Notes under the pieces: model-generated | What the model was told of the DNA's origin: nothing | The model's input: the letters and a program-made list of their open reading frames with translations, nothing else | Database searches by the model: none | NCBI GenBank assembly: GCA_963729895.1 | Contig: CAVSQB010000019.1 | Span: 64,001 to 128,000, forward strand | Reading direction: 5' to 3' | DNA length: 64,000 nt | DNA from: an uncultured Fibrobacterota bacterium | Lineage (GTDB): Bacteria > Fibrobacterota > Chitinivibrionia > Chitinivibrionales > FEN-1185 | Made by a program: the position numbers and the translations under genes | Shown: positions 49,022 to 59,785 of the stretch, one piece after another | Numbering within the stretch: position 1 is the stretch's first letter | Layout of the letters: each line of letters begins with the position of its first letter

Positions 49022-50479
49022 CCTAAGGAGAGCAATAAACGGAAATAGACCCGTAACCAAACAAACGTCGCCACCGACACGTTGAGTGTATTTGTCAACC
49101 ATGGGGTCAGAAGCGCAAATCATAGTGGAATCACCCCGGCAACAACTTATCAAGAAGCCTTAGCAACCATATTCGTTCTTGTCAACGCCGTCAATTTGTT
49201 TTTAATAACCTTATCTCACGGAATCAGGTAAAATCAAGGGTTTTTTTCATTTCCCTTTCTGTTTCCCAGGGAAATCCAAACATGAAAAAGCCGTTGAGAA
49301 GAATTCTCCGCTTTTTAATAAGAGCAGCCGCGCGGCGGATCTGGTCTTTGGTCACTCCCTTTTTGACTCTCTTGAGCGTTTCGTCGTTGCCGGATTCAAC
49401 CCCTAGCGTTATTGACCGGCACCCCGCCTTTTTCATTTTTATCAAGAGCTTTTCCGTTACTATATTGGCCCTGGTTTCACACCGCCACAAGATGGAAAGC
49501 TTGCGTTCTATCATCAAGTTGAGCACTTGGTCGCATTTGTTTGAATCCAGCCCAAAGGTATCATCATCAAAAACGAACATCTTGACCCCAAACCGTTCCT
49601 TCAACTGTTCAATTTCCTCAACCACATATTCCGCAGACTGATAGCGGACCTTGCGCCCCCAAAGCTTGTTGGAATCGCAATAGGTACATTGGAAGGGGCA
49701 ACCGCGGCTGGTGAAAAGCCTGCTGTATGCGTAGGGAGGCATCGTAACACCATCGTCGATTGATGTGTACAAATGCTTCGCGGGGTGCGGCAATTCGTCA
49801 AGATTCTCAACAAGACAGGCGTCGGGATTATGAACCACCTTGGCTCCATCCCTGTATGAAATTCCGCGGACGCCACTGCATGGTCTGTTTTCCACGAGAC
49901 ATTCAATCAGATTGGTGAAGGTCTTTTCGCCTTCTCCCCGTACGACAAAATCCACGGTCATGTCGTTGTTCTCAAATGCCAATTCCGGCTTAACCGTGAC
50001 GCCGATTCCACCCCAGACAACCAAAGCTTGAGGGTTTATTTTTTTTGCGATGCGGGAAAGCATGCGTGCGGCCGGGAACTGGGTTATCATCACCGAAATC
50101 CCAAGGATATCGAACGGGTTCCTTTGGAGAAACCGCTCCAGCGCCGTCCACACAAAATACGAGGAGTCGTTAAGGTTCTTCTCGTAGGCGGTTTCGTTGC
50201 CGTAAGAATCGGGCTGTAAATACCCATGAAAAGTCAGCGAATCGGGATTAATGATTTTTGTAGCGTATCCCTTTTCCTCAAGAACCGCGGCCACGCAGGA
50301 GATGCCGGTCGGAATACAGGTAAGATTGGCGCCGAATAAACTGTACCACGGGACAGTTGATAAAAGAATCCTGGGTTTTTTAACAAGCATAGCCGGAAAC
50401 TGCCTCTTTTGGGAAGGTTAAAACCGATTATTCAACGTACCCGTCCAACCCGCGGAAGTTGAGAATGCCGATAAACGGC

Positions 50480-51277
50480 TTAGACGCAATGCAAATGGCC
50501 GGAGGAGGCTTTTGCACAATTTGTTTTTGTGATATTCTCGCCACGTTCAATATGAAAATTAGAATACCCGGCATTCTCCAGGAAATTCACAATGGTTGAG
50601 GCGTTCTCTTGTTTTTGCTTTTCGTCAAGACCGTGCATCTCAATAAGAAGTTGCGGCTTGACGCTCTTTATAAGTTTCGTCATCCCGCACAAAACTTCGT
50701 ATTCGAAACCCTCCACATCAATCTTGACCATATCCGGATAAGGGAGGGATCTGGTCGCCACCACATTGTCGAGCGTGTCGATTTCTATTTCTTCCTGTCT
50801 GCTGCCCTTTGCGGCCTTGATTTGTCCGGCAATAGTCGGGTCAAAGGAGGCCCTTGACGTATTCTGAGGATCAAAAGTCAAAACTTTTCTTTGATGGCCG
50901 TTTCCCAAACCCATGGCGATTACGGTCAGCTTATTTGAGTCCAATTTGTTAATCCTGACGTTTTCGAGAATGTCGTCGCAATTCTCCCGTATCGGATCGA
51001 AAGCCACAACCCGGCCCAATCCTCCCGCGTTTTTTAGAAAGTAAAGCGTAAAGGCGCCGAAGTTCGCTCCAACGTCATAAATAATCTTATCGCGGGTTTG
51101 CAGTTTCTTGACATACATATCTTCTTTGGAATCGGCTGAGTTCAACAAACCCACTATTCCAAGCCCGCCTTTTCGCTTGAATCCTTTGGCTATCCCGAAT
51201 CGAATCGTAGATATTCTGTTGTTCAAATAGTATTTGCCCAGGGGCGATCTTTTTAAGGCCAATAGAAATTTGTACAT
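50480..51277 (-). CDS. FkbM-family methyltransferase
   Basis: YDVGANFG and KIDVEGFEYEVL motifs. Confidence 0.9.
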   Translation of the reverse strand: MYKFLLALKRSPLGKYYLNNRISTIRFGIAKGFKRKGGLGIVGLLNSADSKEDMYVKKLQTRDKIIYDVGANFGAFTLYFLKNAGGLGRVVAFDPIRENCDDILENVRINKLDSNKLTVIAMGLGNGHQRKVLTFDPQNTSRASFDPTIAGQIKAAKGSRQEEIEIDTLDNVVATRSLPYPDMVKIDVEGFEYEVLCGMTKLIKSVKPQLLIEMHGLDEKQKQENASTIVNFLENAGYSNFHIERGENITKTNCAKASSGHLHCV

Positions 51278-51299
51278 AGACTGCTTCCTTTGAAACGCT

Positions 51300-51740
51300 T
51301 CAGCGCAATTGACTATTATTTTTTCCGATTATATGGGCCGGGTTCCCCGCAACACTGCAATACGGTGGAACCGAATGGGTTACCACGCTGCCTGCACCCA
51401 CAATTGATTTCCGGCCAATAGAAACATTGCCAAGAATCACCGAATGCGGATAGATAATTACGTCGTCCTCTATGGTCGGAGAACCTTTGTTGTTGCCCGT
51501 CTTCTTGATAGCGATTGTTACATTATGGTACATAGTAATATTGGCGCCGATCTTTGAATCGGGGTGGATGATTATGTTGTAGGGATGAACAAGGGACAAC
51601 CCGTTTTCAAAAAACCTCAACGGTATTTCCAGGTGGAACAGAAATCTGAAGCAAACCTGCAACGGCTTGAAGAAGATGGACCGCGACCGAAATGCCTTAT
51701 TTACGAGAATATCCAACCTGCCGGGTCCGTCATATGCCAT
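51300..51740 (-). CDS. Serine-acetyltransferase-like hexapeptide acyltransferase
   Basis: Hexapeptide repeats; GAGSVVTHSVP and VAGNPA. Confidence 0.85.
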   Translation of the reverse strand: MAYDGPGRLDILVNKAFRSRSIFFKPLQVCFRFLFHLEIPLRFFENGLSLVHPYNIIIHPDSKIGANITMYHNVTIAIKKTGNNKGSPTIEDDVIIYPHSVILGNVSIGRKSIVGAGSVVTHSVPPYCSVAGNPAHIIGKNNSQLR

Positions 51741-51754
51741 ATAATTCCCTTTTG

Positions 51755-53113
51755 TTACTTTCCGTCATTTAAAATTTTCAGGTACTGAGCACGCTCAATC
51801 TCCTGGATTTTTTCCGGATCCATCATTTCCATTACCGCCGTTCTCGCGTTTTCGCCCAATTTCCTGGCATAGGACCCATCGGAGAGGATCCTGCAAAAGC
51901 TATTTGCCATTGCATGCCAATCCTTAAACGGAACAAGCTCGCCGGTAATTTGGTGCCGAACAAGTTCGGCTTGCCATTCCCAGTCGTAGGCGATAAGAGG
52001 AATTCCCGCGTATGCCGCCTCCACCAGCGACCTGCCGGAATGTGGAGCAAGGTACGCGGAAGCATGCGGGAGCAACGAGGCGACGAAATCCTGCTTCTGT
52101 TTTCCCAAAAAAACAACATTGTTCTCAATGCCCAGGTTTGCGATTTCGTCTTTCATGCTTTCGGCAATGTCTCCGTCCCCGACCATCGCGATAACAATCG
52201 ACGGATACGTTTTTTTTACCTCCGCGGCAACATACAACAAATGGTCGGCCTGCTTTATTTTTATCAATCTGCCGACGTATACTCCAAAGGGATTGTGCAT
52301 GAAATCGTAGCGGTGAGGTACCGGCGGCCGGCGGCGAGGGTCCGCTAAATGCACCGGGTCGATGATATTGCCGAACCGTATCAGGGCCGCTTTTTCCCGG
52401 GGGCAACCGTTTGCAATTGCATAGTCGAGATAATTTTGCGTCGCCGCGCAAACCAAATCGCAGCGGCTAAAGACAAATCGTGCGATTATTTTTTCAACAA
52501 AGTACCACCGGTAAATCTTCTTGAAGTTCATCATGCCGTTTTTGTACAGCAAATCGAAGTTGGACCCTATCCTGAGTGCGAAGGGAAGCCCGGTGAGACG
52601 TGAGAGAAGATAGGAATAGAGACCCGTAACAAAGGGTTCACTGCCCCGGATAACCGAGACATGATTCGCTTTTATAAATCTCCTGGCGCGTAAGAGCGTA
52701 GTCCATTGCGACAACAAAAAATTGGAGCGGGGGAAGAGAGACAAAAACCCGAAAAAGGATTGCCGGACTTCAATAAAAACGTTTTCTTCGTCCAGCGTGC
52801 TTTCCCTGAAGAGTCCATCCGTCACGGACACTTTGTCAAAGGGGTTTGCTCCGAGAAACGGGTAGAAGGTGTACACCTTGTTGAAGAATCCGCTCAATCC
52901 TTGCAGGATAATCAGTTGTTCATGGCCATAGGTTTTTATGGATTTGAAGGAATGAGCGACAAAAACCACGAACAATTTGTACCCTTTGCCGCCGGACGGA
53001 CTTCTTTTCCGCGTGGCGATAAGAAAGAGACATGCGGGGACGATTCCCGCTGCGATAACGCCTGCGAGAAACAAATCGGCGGCAAGAATGAAAAACCTTT
53101 TTAGCGTTTTCAT
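51755..53113 (-). CDS. GT4-like glycosyltransferase
   Basis: YVGRLIKIK, VGDG, LVEAAYAG and TGELV motifs. Confidence 0.82.
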   Translation of the reverse strand: MKTLKRFFILAADLFLAGVIAAGIVPACLFLIATRKRSPSGGKGYKLFVVFVAHSFKSIKTYGHEQLIILQGLSGFFNKVYTFYPFLGANPFDKVSVTDGLFRESTLDEENVFIEVRQSFFGFLSLFPRSNFLLSQWTTLLRARRFIKANHVSVIRGSEPFVTGLYSYLLSRLTGLPFALRIGSNFDLLYKNGMMNFKKIYRWYFVEKIIARFVFSRCDLVCAATQNYLDYAIANGCPREKAALIRFGNIIDPVHLADPRRRPPVPHRYDFMHNPFGVYVGRLIKIKQADHLLYVAAEVKKTYPSIVIAMVGDGDIAESMKDEIANLGIENNVVFLGKQKQDFVASLLPHASAYLAPHSGRSLVEAAYAGIPLIAYDWEWQAELVRHQITGELVPFKDWHAMANSFCRILSDGSYARKLGENARTAVMEMMDPEKIQEIERAQYLKILNDGK

Positions 53114-53147
53114 AGGAACGATATTGAGCAGTTGCGTTGGTAAACGA

Positions 53148-55106
53148 TCAAGAAACCGGCGCGGTGCGTTTTTCCAACCACGCCTGAAACGTCAAGATAT
53201 TCCACAAATAATAATGCCAATCCCTCTCCCCCGAAACATGCTCCATCCATTTCTTGCGAACGCCGGCAGGTTCGAATATTCCTTCGCTTTTCAGACGGTC
53301 GTTGTCCAATAATGCCTCCGCCCAGGGGCGAAGCTCTTTCTTGAGCCAGGAGCCGATCGGTATGGCAAAACCCATCTTCGGTCTTTCCACCAGCCTTTTG
53401 GGGACATACTTGTTCAACACCCGGCGTAAAATCCATTTGGACTGCCTGTTTCTCATCTTGCAGGTCAGGGGCAAACGCCAGGCAAATTCCACGACCCGGT
53501 GGTCGAGAAGCGGTATGCGGGTTTCGAGGCTTACGGCCATGCTCGCACGATCGACTTTTACCAGGATATCTTCGGAAAGATAGCTCAGGATATCCACGTA
53601 CATCATCGAGTGCTCAAAATCCCTGAAATCGGGCCATGCCTCCGGCGACGACAGCATCGTGTCCCTTGTTTTTGAGCCGAGCACGACGGCCGTCGGATTC
53701 ATTTCATTTGACAAATAACGATGGAACAACTCCTTTTCCGATGTTGTGGACAGTATTCCTGAGATATACGAAAACACTTCTTCATAATTGCTGGCGCGCC
53801 CCTGTTTTCTCAACACGGCCAGAGCTGCGTTTACAAAGGGGCGTGAAAGCGGCGCGGTGCGATCCAGCGCCGAGGCCAGGCCCTGCCGCACGAAACGGGG
53901 CGCCAGGGAGAGGGCATTCCATACCTGAGGGACTCTCCTGTATCTTGCATAGCCGCCAAAAACCTCATCTCCCCCGTCCCCGGTCAGGGCTACCGTCACC
54001 CGGCTTCGGGAGAGCTTTGAAACCAGAAACGTGGGTATCTGTGACGAATCCGGCATCGGCTCGTCGAACATGGCCGGCAATAAGGGGACCACATCCAGAA
54101 CGTCCTTTGCGGAAACATAAAATTCGGTATGGTCGGTACCGAGATGTCGCGCCACTTGCTTTGCATAGTTTGCTTCATCGTATTTCTTGTCGAAGTTTCC
54201 AATGGAAAATGTCTTGACCGGCATCGGGTTTTTCTTCTGCATCAACGCAACAACGGTCGACGAATCGATTCCGCCGGACAAGAACGCGCCGAGAGGTACA
54301 TCCGAAATCATGCGCGATTGCACCGCATCACCCAGCAAAGCATCAAGCGCTTCCGCCGCCTCATCATCGTTTCCTTCAAACGGATTCGTCCGGCCGTTTT
54401 TCACCACTTCTGAAAGAGACCAGTACGCCGTTTGCTCTGTTGCGAAATCTCCATCGCCTGCTTTCACACGGACAATCGACCCGGGCGGCACTTTCAATAG
54501 ATCCTTGTAAATCGAGAAGGGGGCCGGGATAAACGTGTATCGAAGAAGCAGCGCCAGTACATCGCGGTCGATTTCCCTCGTGAAGAACGGCAGGGCGCAC
54601 ATCGCCTTGAGTTCGGACGCAAAGCAAAACGCTTTGCCGATACGGCCGTAATAGAGCGGTTTCTTTCCGAGCCTGTCGCGGCAAAGGTAAAGAAGGCGCT
54701 CCTTCCTGTCCCACAATGCAAAAGCGAACATGCCGGCAAACTTCTTTACCGCGGCCTCTATGCCCCACAATTCTATTGCCGCAAGAATCACTTCGGTGTC
54801 GCAGCCGCCTTTGAAAGCATGCCCCGCCTTTTCGCATTCCGAGCGCAGCGATTTGAAATTGTAAACCTCGCCGTTGTAGGTAATTGCATAGCGGCCGCTT
54901 AGGGAAAACATGGGCTGATGTCCGAGCGGCGAGAGATCGAGTATCGACAGCCTCCGATGCGCCAGGCCGACGCCTACCACCGCATCAAACCACGAACCGC
55001 CGTCGTCCGGCCCCCGGTGCGCGAGCGCGGCGGCCATGGCTTCGAGATATTTCTTCCAGTCTTCGCCCTTCAGATCTGGATATAAGAGCCCGGCAATACC
55101 ACACAT
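53148..55106 (-). CDS. asnB: Asparagine-synthase-like amidotransferase (glutamine-hydrolysing)
   Basis: MCGIAG, HRGPD, HRRLSI, NGEVYN, LSGGIDSS and GDGGDE motifs. Confidence 0.93.
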   Translation of the reverse strand: MCGIAGLLYPDLKGEDWKKYLEAMAAALAHRGPDDGGSWFDAVVGVGLAHRRLSILDLSPLGHQPMFSLSGRYAITYNGEVYNFKSLRSECEKAGHAFKGGCDTEVILAAIELWGIEAAVKKFAGMFAFALWDRKERLLYLCRDRLGKKPLYYGRIGKAFCFASELKAMCALPFFTREIDRDVLALLLRYTFIPAPFSIYKDLLKVPPGSIVRVKAGDGDFATEQTAYWSLSEVVKNGRTNPFEGNDDEAAEALDALLGDAVQSRMISDVPLGAFLSGGIDSSTVVALMQKKNPMPVKTFSIGNFDKKYDEANYAKQVARHLGTDHTEFYVSAKDVLDVVPLLPAMFDEPMPDSSQIPTFLVSKLSRSRVTVALTGDGGDEVFGGYARYRRVPQVWNALSLAPRFVRQGLASALDRTAPLSRPFVNAALAVLRKQGRASNYEEVFSYISGILSTTSEKELFHRYLSNEMNPTAVVLGSKTRDTMLSSPEAWPDFRDFEHSMMYVDILSYLSEDILVKVDRASMAVSLETRIPLLDHRVVEFAWRLPLTCKMRNRQSKWILRRVLNKYVPKRLVERPKMGFAIPIGSWLKKELRPWAEALLDNDRLKSEGIFEPAGVRKKWMEHVSGERDWHYYLWNILTFQAWLEKRTAPVS

Positions 55107-55143
55107 GGCTAAACCAAATCCTCGTTATGACTGCGATGGTATA

Positions 55144-56154
55144 TCAGTAGAACTTGCTGAAATGGAACAAGTAGGGTTTGATGTTTATTCCCGCCAAAGA
55201 AAACATTTTCGCAAGATACTTTTCATTGGACTCCCAATGAGAGCCGGAGATGCCTCTGCACGTCTTGTAGCACACGAAAAACCCCCAGATAATCGTGGTC
55301 CGGCATTTTTCCGGAATGCTCAGCAAAGCACTTTTCCATATATCGAACACCACGATCTTGCGCGCAAGCAATTGATAGCGGGTCCGGTCGATAATGTGCC
55401 TCTGTTCATGGTGTGCGGACGCTCTTTTGACCAAATCGGGATGTGTTGCCGCCAGCTTGCGGTGAACAATCGCTATTCTCGCATACCATTCATCAATATT
55501 GCCGGCATCAAACGATGATATACTGTCAACGATATTCCGGCGATAATATACCAGCGGTTCCGCTATGAAAAGCGCGGACCGGTCCCTGGAAGCAAGAAGC
55601 CTGCACCAGTAATCGTAATCTTCACTCGCCTTAAGGCGCATGTCTTCATCCAGATATCCTATAACATCAATGACGGAATGCCGCATGACGACCGATGAGT
55701 TGACTATATAGCTTTGTGAAAGGAGACTTTCAAGATGTATTGTTTCATTCCTGGCCGTTTTCTTCATAACGGCGCGATCCGGCAAATAGGTAACGTTCGT
55801 GCATGTCATGAGCAAATCCTGGCGGCCTTCAAGCACGGCAAGCTGCTTTTCCAGTTTGTCCTTCACCCATGAGTCGTCGTCATCGCAGAACGCGATGTAG
55901 TCCCCTTTCGCAAGCAGCATCCCGCAATTCCTCGGAACAGCGGGCCGTCCGGCGTGGGGAATCGCCGAGTAGTGCAAACGAGGATCCTTGATCCTGGCAA
56001 GAGCTTCGGCCGTGCGGTCCGTCGACCCATCATCCACGACAATCAGTTCGAGATTGCTATGGGATTGCGAAAGAATCGAGTCCAGGGTCGCGCCGATCAG
56101 GGTCGCCCTGTTGTAGGTCGGCACGATTACGGATACCAATGGTCCTTGACTCAT
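55144..56154 (-). CDS. GT2 glycosyltransferase
   Basis: VSVIVPTYNR, DDGSTD, FCDDDD and EDYD motifs. Confidence 0.9.
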   Translation of the reverse strand: MSQGPLVSVIVPTYNRATLIGATLDSILSQSHSNLELIVVDDGSTDRTAEALARIKDPRLHYSAIPHAGRPAVPRNCGMLLAKGDYIAFCDDDDSWVKDKLEKQLAVLEGRQDLLMTCTNVTYLPDRAVMKKTARNETIHLESLLSQSYIVNSSVVMRHSVIDVIGYLDEDMRLKASEDYDYWCRLLASRDRSALFIAEPLVYYRRNIVDSISSFDAGNIDEWYARIAIVHRKLAATHPDLVKRASAHHEQRHIIDRTRYQLLARKIVVFDIWKSALLSIPEKCRTTIIWGFFVCYKTCRGISGSHWESNEKYLAKMFSLAGINIKPYLFHFSKFY

Positions 56155-56177
56155 TATGTTTTATGCAGCCGATCCAC

Positions 56178-57137
56178 TTAGATACGCTTCTTGAAGGCAA
56201 GTTTTAGTTCCTGATGCGCAGATTGGTTGACAACGCCGGCAAATGCGTCGCGGTCGATCTGAAGGCCCTGGTTCCATTTTTCCAGCAGCATATCCTGGTG
56301 AATGGTTCCGTGAACATTGCCCACCGTGTCGCTCTGGACCATGTTGCACGGGATGTTGACCAGTCTTGATTTGGTATAGCATACGCCATAGCGGTAGTTG
56401 AATACCTTGGTAAACGGAAGCAGATGCGCCTCAAAGGTGTTGGGCGAGGAGAACTGAATATTCTTTGACAACATTGTTATTTCTTTGGTTGAAAAGAGAT
56501 TCCCGTCCACAGAAAACGGAATGGCCCAGTCATGCCTACCTTGTTTCATTTTCCAGCAGAATTTGTCCGGCTCATCGATAATGCCTTCGGCCCGCGGCGG
56601 GACCGGCTGGTCTTTTTGATAGGTGTAACACCTTTTCAAATTGAGCCCAAGCCTCAAGCTGGGAAAAAAACAGTTGGTATCGTACTTGGCATAGTCCCGC
56701 ATGTCGACATTTTCAATAAACACGTCATCATCCGTAAGGAAAATCATCCTGGATGACTTGACGGATTCAAGGATTTCCAGAACGTTTTCCCTGAACGACG
56801 TCTGCTCGGTTACCGACGCCAATTTACCCGAAAACATTTCCACCAATTCTTCATACGACTTCTTGTGCTTCGCGCTCGTGGTGGTGTAGAGGAGATGAAT
56901 AGGGGCCGGATTTGCAACTTTCTCAAAGTAGCTGGAGACAAGCGCGTGGAGCTGCAGGCTTCTGTCCCTGGAAAATATGATGCACTCGGCCAGGCCTTGC
57001 CTGGGCTTGAGGTCGGGGGCCGACAGGATTTTCAAGGAAAGGGCGATGTTGTCCTGGTCGGACTTTTTGACAAGGGAGAGGCCAAAGGAATTGAGGACGG
57101 CATCAACCAGGGAGTATAGCCTTCTAAGCATTTTCAT
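56178..57137 (-). CDS. Hypothetical protein, probable GT-A-fold glycosyltransferase
   Basis: IFSRDRSLQL and FLTDDD motifs; cluster context. Confidence 0.5.
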   Translation of the reverse strand: MKMLRRLYSLVDAVLNSFGLSLVKKSDQDNIALSLKILSAPDLKPRQGLAECIIFSRDRSLQLHALVSSYFEKVANPAPIHLLYTTTSAKHKKSYEELVEMFSGKLASVTEQTSFRENVLEILESVKSSRMIFLTDDDVFIENVDMRDYAKYDTNCFFPSLRLGLNLKRCYTYQKDQPVPPRAEGIIDEPDKFCWKMKQGRHDWAIPFSVDGNLFSTKEITMLSKNIQFSSPNTFEAHLLPFTKVFNYRYGVCYTKSRLVNIPCNMVQSDTVGNVHGTIHQDMLLEKWNQGLQIDRDAFAGVVNQSAHQELKLAFKKRI

Positions 57138-57188
57138 TAGGGCGATGGCGTGGGGAAAAAGGGGTTCGTTGGATGTGACGACGACGGT

Positions 57189-58088
57189 TCATTTCTTGAG
57201 GATGCCGAAAAAGAGTAATATCTTTGTCATAGCCTTATCAAAAAAGCCATAGTCAACGCCGGGCTTCTGCAATATTTTCGGGATAATCTGCAATCGATTC
57301 TCGTCAATCAGGTATTCGTGCCACGGCAGCTTCTTGAATCCGGACAACAGTATACGGCCATTTTGGTCGGAAAACAGATAGGTGACCGCGGAATCATCGG
57401 CCCTCAATTTCCGAGGTGAATTGTCGTCGATGCCGAAGGAGGGATAATATTTGCTGTCTACAAATATTCCATTTGTCATTGTCGTGGCGACCAGTTCATA
57501 GCTTTTGGATTTTGCAAGAACGTACAAAGACAGGAGGCTGCAGCCAGCGTTCTTCGCGAAATCACATGGCTGCACAAATTCACCATCAGTGTGAATGGTC
57601 GGGTTGAATTCGACCATAACGATTTTGGGTCGGTAGACTTTCACTGAATCGAAAATATGGTAATCGTTCCCATCAATATCAATTGACAACAAGTCAAAAT
57701 CTTTGGGAATCGCGGTCTCCCGGAGTATTGAATCGAGCTTGTCGTTCTCGGTTACGCCCACCTTCCTGCAAATCGGTATCACCTTGGGGTTGTTTTTGTA
57801 GTTGTTCACCAAGTCCTTATACTTATTACTGTCCGCTTCTATCATTACCGCGGAATAGTCTTGGGTTTCTATCAAGTTGCATACATTACTCAGGTATTTG
57901 CCGTCCCATGCCCCGAATTCCACGCACCATTTATCATTGGCGCCGATAACCTCCAGAATGCGCGCAATGATTCCATCTTCACCGTACTGGGAGTATTTGT
58001 TGAAGACAAAGGGTTCAAACCATAATTTCGGTTTCATAGGGCAGGCCTCACTTCCCCACTGCGCGGCGCCGGGGAGTTCGATTTCCAT
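57189..58088 (-). CDS. FkbM-like methyltransferase (start may be 58037)
   Basis: YSQYGEDG, VEFGAWDG and LSIDIDGNDY motifs. Confidence 0.8.
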   Translation of the reverse strand: MEIELPGAAQWGSEACPMKPKLWFEPFVFNKYSQYGEDGIIARILEVIGANDKWCVEFGAWDGKYLSNVCNLIETQDYSAVMIEADSNKYKDLVNNYKNNPKVIPICRKVGVTENDKLDSILRETAIPKDFDLLSIDIDGNDYHIFDSVKVYRPKIVMVEFNPTIHTDGEFVQPCDFAKNAGCSLLSLYVLAKSKSYELVATTMTNGIFVDSKYYPSFGIDDNSPRKLRADDSAVTYLFSDQNGRILLSGFKKLPWHEYLIDENRLQIIPKILQKPGVDYGFFDKAMTKILLFFGILKK

Positions 58089-58921
58089 TAGAATACCACA
58101 TAGTTTGTAGTTCTGAACTGTTCCAGACTTTCCGTGTAACGCGGTACCGGATGCAAATAGCCCGACGGCGTGATCCTGAAGATGCTCATCTTGAGCGTGT
58201 TGAAGAAATACCAGAAGTCCTGGAAGAATGTCCGCGTATCTATATTGCAGCCGCCGAATTCGAACGTGACGATATCGATTGCCTTGTTGTCGAACATTCT
58301 TTTTGCTCCGACAAGTGCGTCCAACTCATGCCCTTCTATGTCGAGCTTCAGCAAGTGAATATGGTCTACTTTATTCGCCGAACAATAGTCGTCGATCGTG
58401 GTGATTTCCACTTCTTCCGATTCACTGAAATCAATGCCGATGTGGTCCAACCTGCGTTTTGTAAGTGAAGCGAGTTTTGAATCGGCGTCGCAAGAGTAGA
58501 GCTTCGCCTTTCCCTTTTCTTTGCCTATGCCGACATTGTTCAAGGCGATCTGCATGTTGTCTTTATAGGATTCCGAAAGTGTTTCGAACGTCCGGCGACC
58601 AGGCTCAAAGCAATGGATTGACAATTCATTTTTCCCCATGCCATCAAGAACAACCTGCAGGAATTGTCCTTTGTTTGAACCGACATCGAAAATGCAGTAC
58701 GGAGGTTTGACTTTTTGTTTAAGAAGGCGAAGCGTTGCCTTTTCGCCGCTGCATGCAACCCCGCCGCCCGAACCGATGCCCATAAAGAACTGGGAAACCT
58801 GAGCATTCGTTTCCAGCAGGTTTTGCATGAAGCGGTTTCCGGACACCGTGATCAGTATTCTTGATAATAGCGACACGTGGATCAGGTCCTTTTGCGGGCG
58901 AAAAAGTTGTCCAACGTCCAT
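58088..58921 (-). CDS. FkbM-family methyltransferase
   Basis: FDVGSNKG, FEP and LKLDIEGHE motifs. Confidence 0.9.
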   Translation of the reverse strand: MDVGQLFRPQKDLIHVSLLSRILITVSGNRFMQNLLETNAQVSQFFMGIGSGGGVACSGEKATLRLLKQKVKPPYCIFDVGSNKGQFLQVVLDGMGKNELSIHCFEPGRRTFETLSESYKDNMQIALNNVGIGKEKGKAKLYSCDADSKLASLTKRRLDHIGIDFSESEEVEITTIDDYCSANKVDHIHLLKLDIEGHELDALVGAKRMFDNKAIDIVTFEFGGCNIDTRTFFQDFWYFFNTLKMSIFRITPSGYLHPVPRYTESLEQFRTTNYVVF

Positions 58922-59769
58922 CTCCTAAGGCGCAGAAGCACTCTTGCCGCTTTGCACCAAGGGAGTTGCTCATTGTAGATATAGCATGAAATGGCCGTCC
59001 TGACGAAATGAAGAGTTACATTGAGTTTTTGTTTCCAGCAAAAGTCCTTGGTGCCATATACAAGTCTAAGGCTGTTTATTGTCCACGGCAAATATGAAAA
59101 GCGCGACATCAGCCTGGGCGAAAATGGAATAGTCTTATGTCCTGTGTCCAAGACACTGGAGAAGAAATATGTTGCGTTTGTTACAAGAGCTCCCGGCCCG
59201 AGAATTTGCCTCAGGCCAAAATAGCAGTCGAAATAATCGAACCCTCCGCGAAAGGACTCAAACCAATCGATGGAAGATCGCCTGTGCAATCCATAAAAGA
59301 TGTGCGGCATCAGCAAATCGATAAACAGGAGGGCATTTCCATATTTTGTATTTTCCGCGGACAGGGCCGGCGAAGCAACCGGCCTTCTGTTTCCTTTGGC
59401 CCCTATTTCTACTTGGGTCATGACGGTGCCGTTTGTTCCGATATTTTCCAGGCAATGGTTGACAAATTCAGGGTGCCACTCATCATCATCTGCGGCCCAC
59501 ATGAAGAACTCTCCGACAGCCTTCTCAAAAACAAACTTGAAGTTGAGCCAGCCGCCGATATTCTGTTCCTGACAGAAGTATTGTATTCTTAAATCTTTTC
59601 CCAGATACTCGGACATGACCTCCGCATAGCCGGGAACAGTGCTCGCGTTGTTTGAAACTATGATCTGCAAATTGGGATAGGTTTGATTGACAAAGCATTC
59701 TAGTACTTGTTTCAATCCATTGGGTCGATTGTACGTCGGGATGCCGATCGAAACAAGGGGTTTGCCCAT
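58882..59769 (-). CDS. GT2 glycosyltransferase
   Basis: VSIGIPTYNR and MWAADDD motifs. Confidence 0.9.
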   Translation of the reverse strand: MGKPLVSIGIPTYNRPNGLKQVLECFVNQTYPNLQIIVSNNASTVPGYAEVMSEYLGKDLRIQYFCQEQNIGGWLNFKFVFEKAVGEFFMWAADDDEWHPEFVNHCLENIGTNGTVMTQVEIGAKGNRRPVASPALSAENTKYGNALLFIDLLMPHIFYGLHRRSSIDWFESFRGGFDYFDCYFGLRQILGPGALVTNATYFFSSVLDTGHKTIPFSPRLMSRFSYLPWTINSLRLVYGTKDFCWKQKLNVTLHFVRTAISCYIYNEQLPWCKAARVLLRLRRWTLDNFFARKRT

Positions 59770-59785
59770 CGTAGAAATCTCCTTG

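Larger units (their letters stand above)
46288..49228 (+). mobile_element. IS1380-family element, copy 3, carrying IS5
   Basis: Same TIRs; TSD TAAAA; length 2941 = 1643 + 1294 + 4. Confidence 0.93.
45921..50390 (-). pseudogene. B12-binding radical SAM gene split by a nested IS1380/IS5 insertion
   Basis: 5' part 50390-49229 (SRGCPFQCTYC) rejoins in frame to 46287-45921 (..DFIYEIGP..LIPYPGTQLY..) once the IS and one TAAAA are removed. Confidence 0.9.
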
